Below are positions 18,769 through 21,141 of a stretch of 21,141 bases of DNA, in pieces; position 1 is the stretch's first letter, and the number at the start of each line of letters is the position of its first letter. The stretch comes from a bacterium (GTDB taxonomy: Bacteria; CALINM01), in contig JBEQAF010000033.1 in the NCBI GenBank assembly GCA_041640455.1, forward strand, positions 1 to 21,141, given 5' to 3'. The notes under the pieces were generated by a model. That model worked only from the letters and a program-made list of their open reading frames with translations. It was not told the DNA's origin and did not search any database. A program made the translations under genes and the position numbers.

Positions 18769-20147
18769 AATGCCAGAGATTCACCTCTCACAGGTATTAT
18801 TATCTCTGAGTTTACTAAAGGGCTTAGATAATCCTTTAATTTTTTTAACACCTCTTTTTCGCCATGAATTAAAAAAATCTTTTTCAAACTGTCTATATGT
18901 TTAATAAAATTGAGAAGTATCTTCCTGTCCGCATGGGAGGAGAATCCATTAATCGTATATACTTTTGCCTTAAGACTTACCTTTTCACCGTAAATGTACA
19001 CATACTTTTCGCCGTCAACAATCTTTCTTCCGAGGGTACCTTCTGCCTGAAATCCCGTAAATACAATACTGTTTTTTTCATCCCAAAGGTTATGCTTCAG
19101 ATGGTGCATAATCCTGCCGCCGTTACACATGCCCGAACCTGCTATTATAATCGCCTTTTCTTTTATATTATTAATACTCTTTGAATCTTCAATGGTTTTT
19201 GTAAATATAAGGTAAGGGAAATAGAATGGATTCTTTCCAGATTCGTAAATCCTTCTGGCTTCATCATCAAAATAATCGTAGTACTCTACAAAAAGATTGG
19301 TCGCCTTTATAGCCAGTGGGGAGTCAAGAAATACCCTGCATGGTGGTAGCTCTTTTTTCTCATACATTTCTCTTAATACATAAAGCAGTTCCTGTGTGCG
19401 TTCCAGCGCAAAGGAAGGGATGATTACATTTCCGCCTTTTGCAAAGGTAGAATGGATTGCCTCTTTAAACTCCTCATAGGATGATTTGAAATCTTTATGC
19501 TGTCTGTCGCCATAGGTGGATTCAATAAAAAGATAGTCAATGTCAGAAGAAGGGCATTCTGGATCCCTTACTATGGGTTTGTTTCTATTGCCAAGATCTC
19601 CTGAAAAAATTATTTTTTTCTGTACCGGATCCTTTATCGTCAGTTCAGCAAAGGACGAACCGATAATATGTCCCGCATCTTTTAAAACAAAGCTTATCTG
19701 GTCTGAAATATTAATCTTTTCTTCGTATTCAATTGGTTGAAAATAGTCGAAGGTGTTTATCACATCTTCTTCATAATAGAGCGGTTCTTTAACATCTTCT
19801 CCACGTCTCAATGCCTTTTTCCTGCTCGAGATAAAGTCTTCAAACATTACCTTTGCCGCATCAAGTAGCATTATTCTTGTGAGCTCGAAGGTTGCCTTGG
19901 TGCAGTATATTTTACCTCTAAACCCCTTTTTAATCAGATATGGTATTTTCCCTGCATGATCAAGATGGGCATGGGTAAGAATTAGAAAATCAATATTTCT
20001 CGGGTCAAAAGAGAATTGGTTAAAGTTTTTATTTAAATCTTCACCCTGAAAGAGCCCACAATCTATGATAAAACGGTTTTTTTCTGTTTCGATCAGGAAA
20101 CAGGAGCCTGTCACATTTTCAGCTGCGCCAAGTGGTGTAATCTTCAT
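18765..20147 (-). CDS. Metallo-beta-lactamase/beta-CASP ribonuclease (COG1236, YSH1/TTHA0252-like)
   Basis: LGAAENVTGS, DCGLFQG, THAHLDHAG (HxHxDH), AGHIIGS, SGDLG, ESTYG, GSGMCNGGR, FSSHAD, IHGE. Confidence 0.93.
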   Translation of the reverse strand: MKITPLGAAENVTGSCFLIETEKNRFIIDCGLFQGEDLNKNFNQFSFDPRNIDFLILTHAHLDHAGKIPYLIKKGFRGKIYCTKATFELTRIMLLDAAKVMFEDFISSRKKALRRGEDVKEPLYYEEDVINTFDYFQPIEYEEKINISDQISFVLKDAGHIIGSSFAELTIKDPVQKKIIFSGDLGNRNKPIVRDPECPSSDIDYLFIESTYGDRQHKDFKSSYEEFKEAIHSTFAKGGNVIIPSFALERTQELLYVLREMYEKKELPPCRVFLDSPLAIKATNLFVEYYDYFDDEARRIYESGKNPFYFPYLIFTKTIEDSKSINNIKEKAIIIAGSGMCNGGRIMHHLKHNLWDEKNSIVFTGFQAEGTLGRKIVDGEKYVYIYGEKVSLKAKVYTINGFSSHADRKILLNFIKHIDSLKKIFLIHGEKEVLKKLKDYLSPLVNSEIIIPVRGESLAL

Positions 20148-20157
20148 TGTTTTGTAA

Positions 20158-20187
20158 TTGTTAGTATTGCTAAAAAAATGTATTATA
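20158..20187. promoter_or_regulatory. Putative bidirectional sigma70 promoter with overlapping -10 elements
   Basis: Plus strand TTGTTA(20158-20163)-17 bp-TATTAT(20181-20186); minus strand perfect TATAAT at 20187-20182; lies in a 47-bp divergent gap. Confidence 0.5.
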
Positions 20188-20194
20188 AAATGAT

Positions 20195-21141
20195 ATGCCT
20201 GAAAGCAAAAAAACTCAAGAGATTAAAAAAAGAAAAAAAGAAAAACTAATCATAGTTATCTTATTCTGCATTCTCTTTGTTTTTGGCTCTACACAGCTTT
20301 ATATAATAAAAGGCTCTGCGGAAAAGCCTCTTATATCTGAGATTCTCTTCTTTGTTCTTATCAATATTAATGTTGCTATTCTGCTTTTTTTACTATATCT
20401 GGTCATTAGAAATTTTTCCAAAATTGTTATTGACTATAAAAGCGGTTTAGGCTCCCGGATAAAATATAAGCTAATACTTTTTTTTCTTGTCTTTTCAACG
20501 GTTCCTTCCTTTCTGCTTTTCTTTTTGTCTTCCACATTTATATCGGCAAGTCTGGAGAGATGGTTTAATGTTCAGATAGAAAAATCTCTTAATGAAGCAC
20601 TTAAGGTGGCTCAAACCTTTTATAAAAATACCTCTGACAATGCACTTTTCCATTCAAGGCGGATAAGCAACATTATCAGGAAGGAAAAGCTTTTAGATCA
20701 TGATCGGCTGAAAAATCTCTCAGCCTTTCTGCATGAGAAGAAAAAGGAATATAATCTGGAATCCCTTGAGGTATTTTCCTTCATTAAGGAACGGCTTTTT
20801 TCAGAAATACCCGAAGGGTCTAAGCCTCTGGATTTAAAGTCTCACATACTTGAAGACGCCTTAAACGGCAAAGAGGTGATAATTATAGATGACTCTCCGA
20901 AAGGCGATATTGTCAGAGCAGCAGTTCCCATATATTCCACATTTAAGGAGGATGAGCCGGTTGCGTGCGTGGTTGTCAGCTATCATATCCCCCATAGTAT
21001 GGTTAACAAGATGGAGATTATCACCGAAACCTATGAGAAATACTCAAAACTTCTTATTTTTAAAAAACCTCTAAAATCTATACTTTTTGTAATGCTTTTA
21101 ATAGCCACATTGATTATCATATTTACTTCTTTGTGGTTTGG
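20195..21141 (+). CDS. NtrY-like membrane sensor histidine kinase, N-terminal part (truncated by window; not in ORF track)
   Basis: Open frame from ATG 20195 to window end: MPESKKTQEIKKRKKEK-TM...ININ...VIRNFSK...GSRIKYKL-TM-VPS...SLERWFN...periplasmic region...PLKS-TM-SLWFG. This is the typical NtrY N-terminal layout; kinase domain not visible. Confidence 0.75.
   Translation, partial: MPESKKTQEIKKRKKEKLIIVILFCILFVFGSTQLYIIKGSAEKPLISEILFFVLININVAILLFLLYLVIRNFSKIVIDYKSGLGSRIKYKLILFFLVFSTVPSFLLFFLSSTFISASLERWFNVQIEKSLNEALKVAQTFYKNTSDNALFHSRRISNIIRKEKLLDHDRLKNLSAFLHEKKKEYNLESLEVFSFIKERLFSEIPEGSKPLDLKSHILEDALNGKEVIIIDDSPKGDIVRAAVPIYSTFKEDEPVACVVVSYHIPHSMVNKMEIITETYEKYSKLLIFKKPLKSILFVMLLIATLIIIFTSLWF

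Noticed and set aside
17278..20147. Pycsar/CBASS-type defence system (cNMP-gated membrane effector plus nuclease)
   Set aside because: No cyclase or nucleotidyltransferase; the membrane protein is MscS-fold and both genes are embedded in a housekeeping operon.
14885..21074. Short + strand ORFs within proS, ispG, the channel and the nuclease, and 20889..21074
   Set aside because: Antisense shadows; 20889..21074 is an out-of-frame overlap with the kinase ORF that starts at 20195.

Overview
AT-rich bacterial chromosome segment of mostly core genes; gene content suggests a Deltaproteobacteria/Desulfobacterota-like anaerobe (inference). The left half (+ strand) runs tuf(3' end)-rpmG-tRNA-Trp-secE-nusG-rplKA-[L10 leader]-rplJL-rpoBC, then an orphan cooC-type Ni-insertion ATPase where rpsL-rpsG-fusA usually follows. 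The right half (- strand) is a tightly coupled operon: beta-CASP nuclease, MscS/cNMP-binding channel, ispG, proS, pyrF, rlmB. After it come a small membrane protein and a diheme cytochrome c. A divergent NtrY-like kinase runs off the right end. The most notable hidden element is a 28-bp XerC/XerD dif-like site (13091-13118, - strand: ATTACGTATAA-GATATA-TTATGTAAACA), 3 bp past the rlmB stop and about 1.5 kb from the end of rpoC. The major operons converge on it and GC skew appears to flip there, which suggests the r-protein/RNA polymerase cluster sits at the replication terminus. Next to it are an inverted XerD-arm-like copy and a 12-bp tandem repeat resembling integrase arm-type sites. No CRISPR array, transposase or phage gene is visible.
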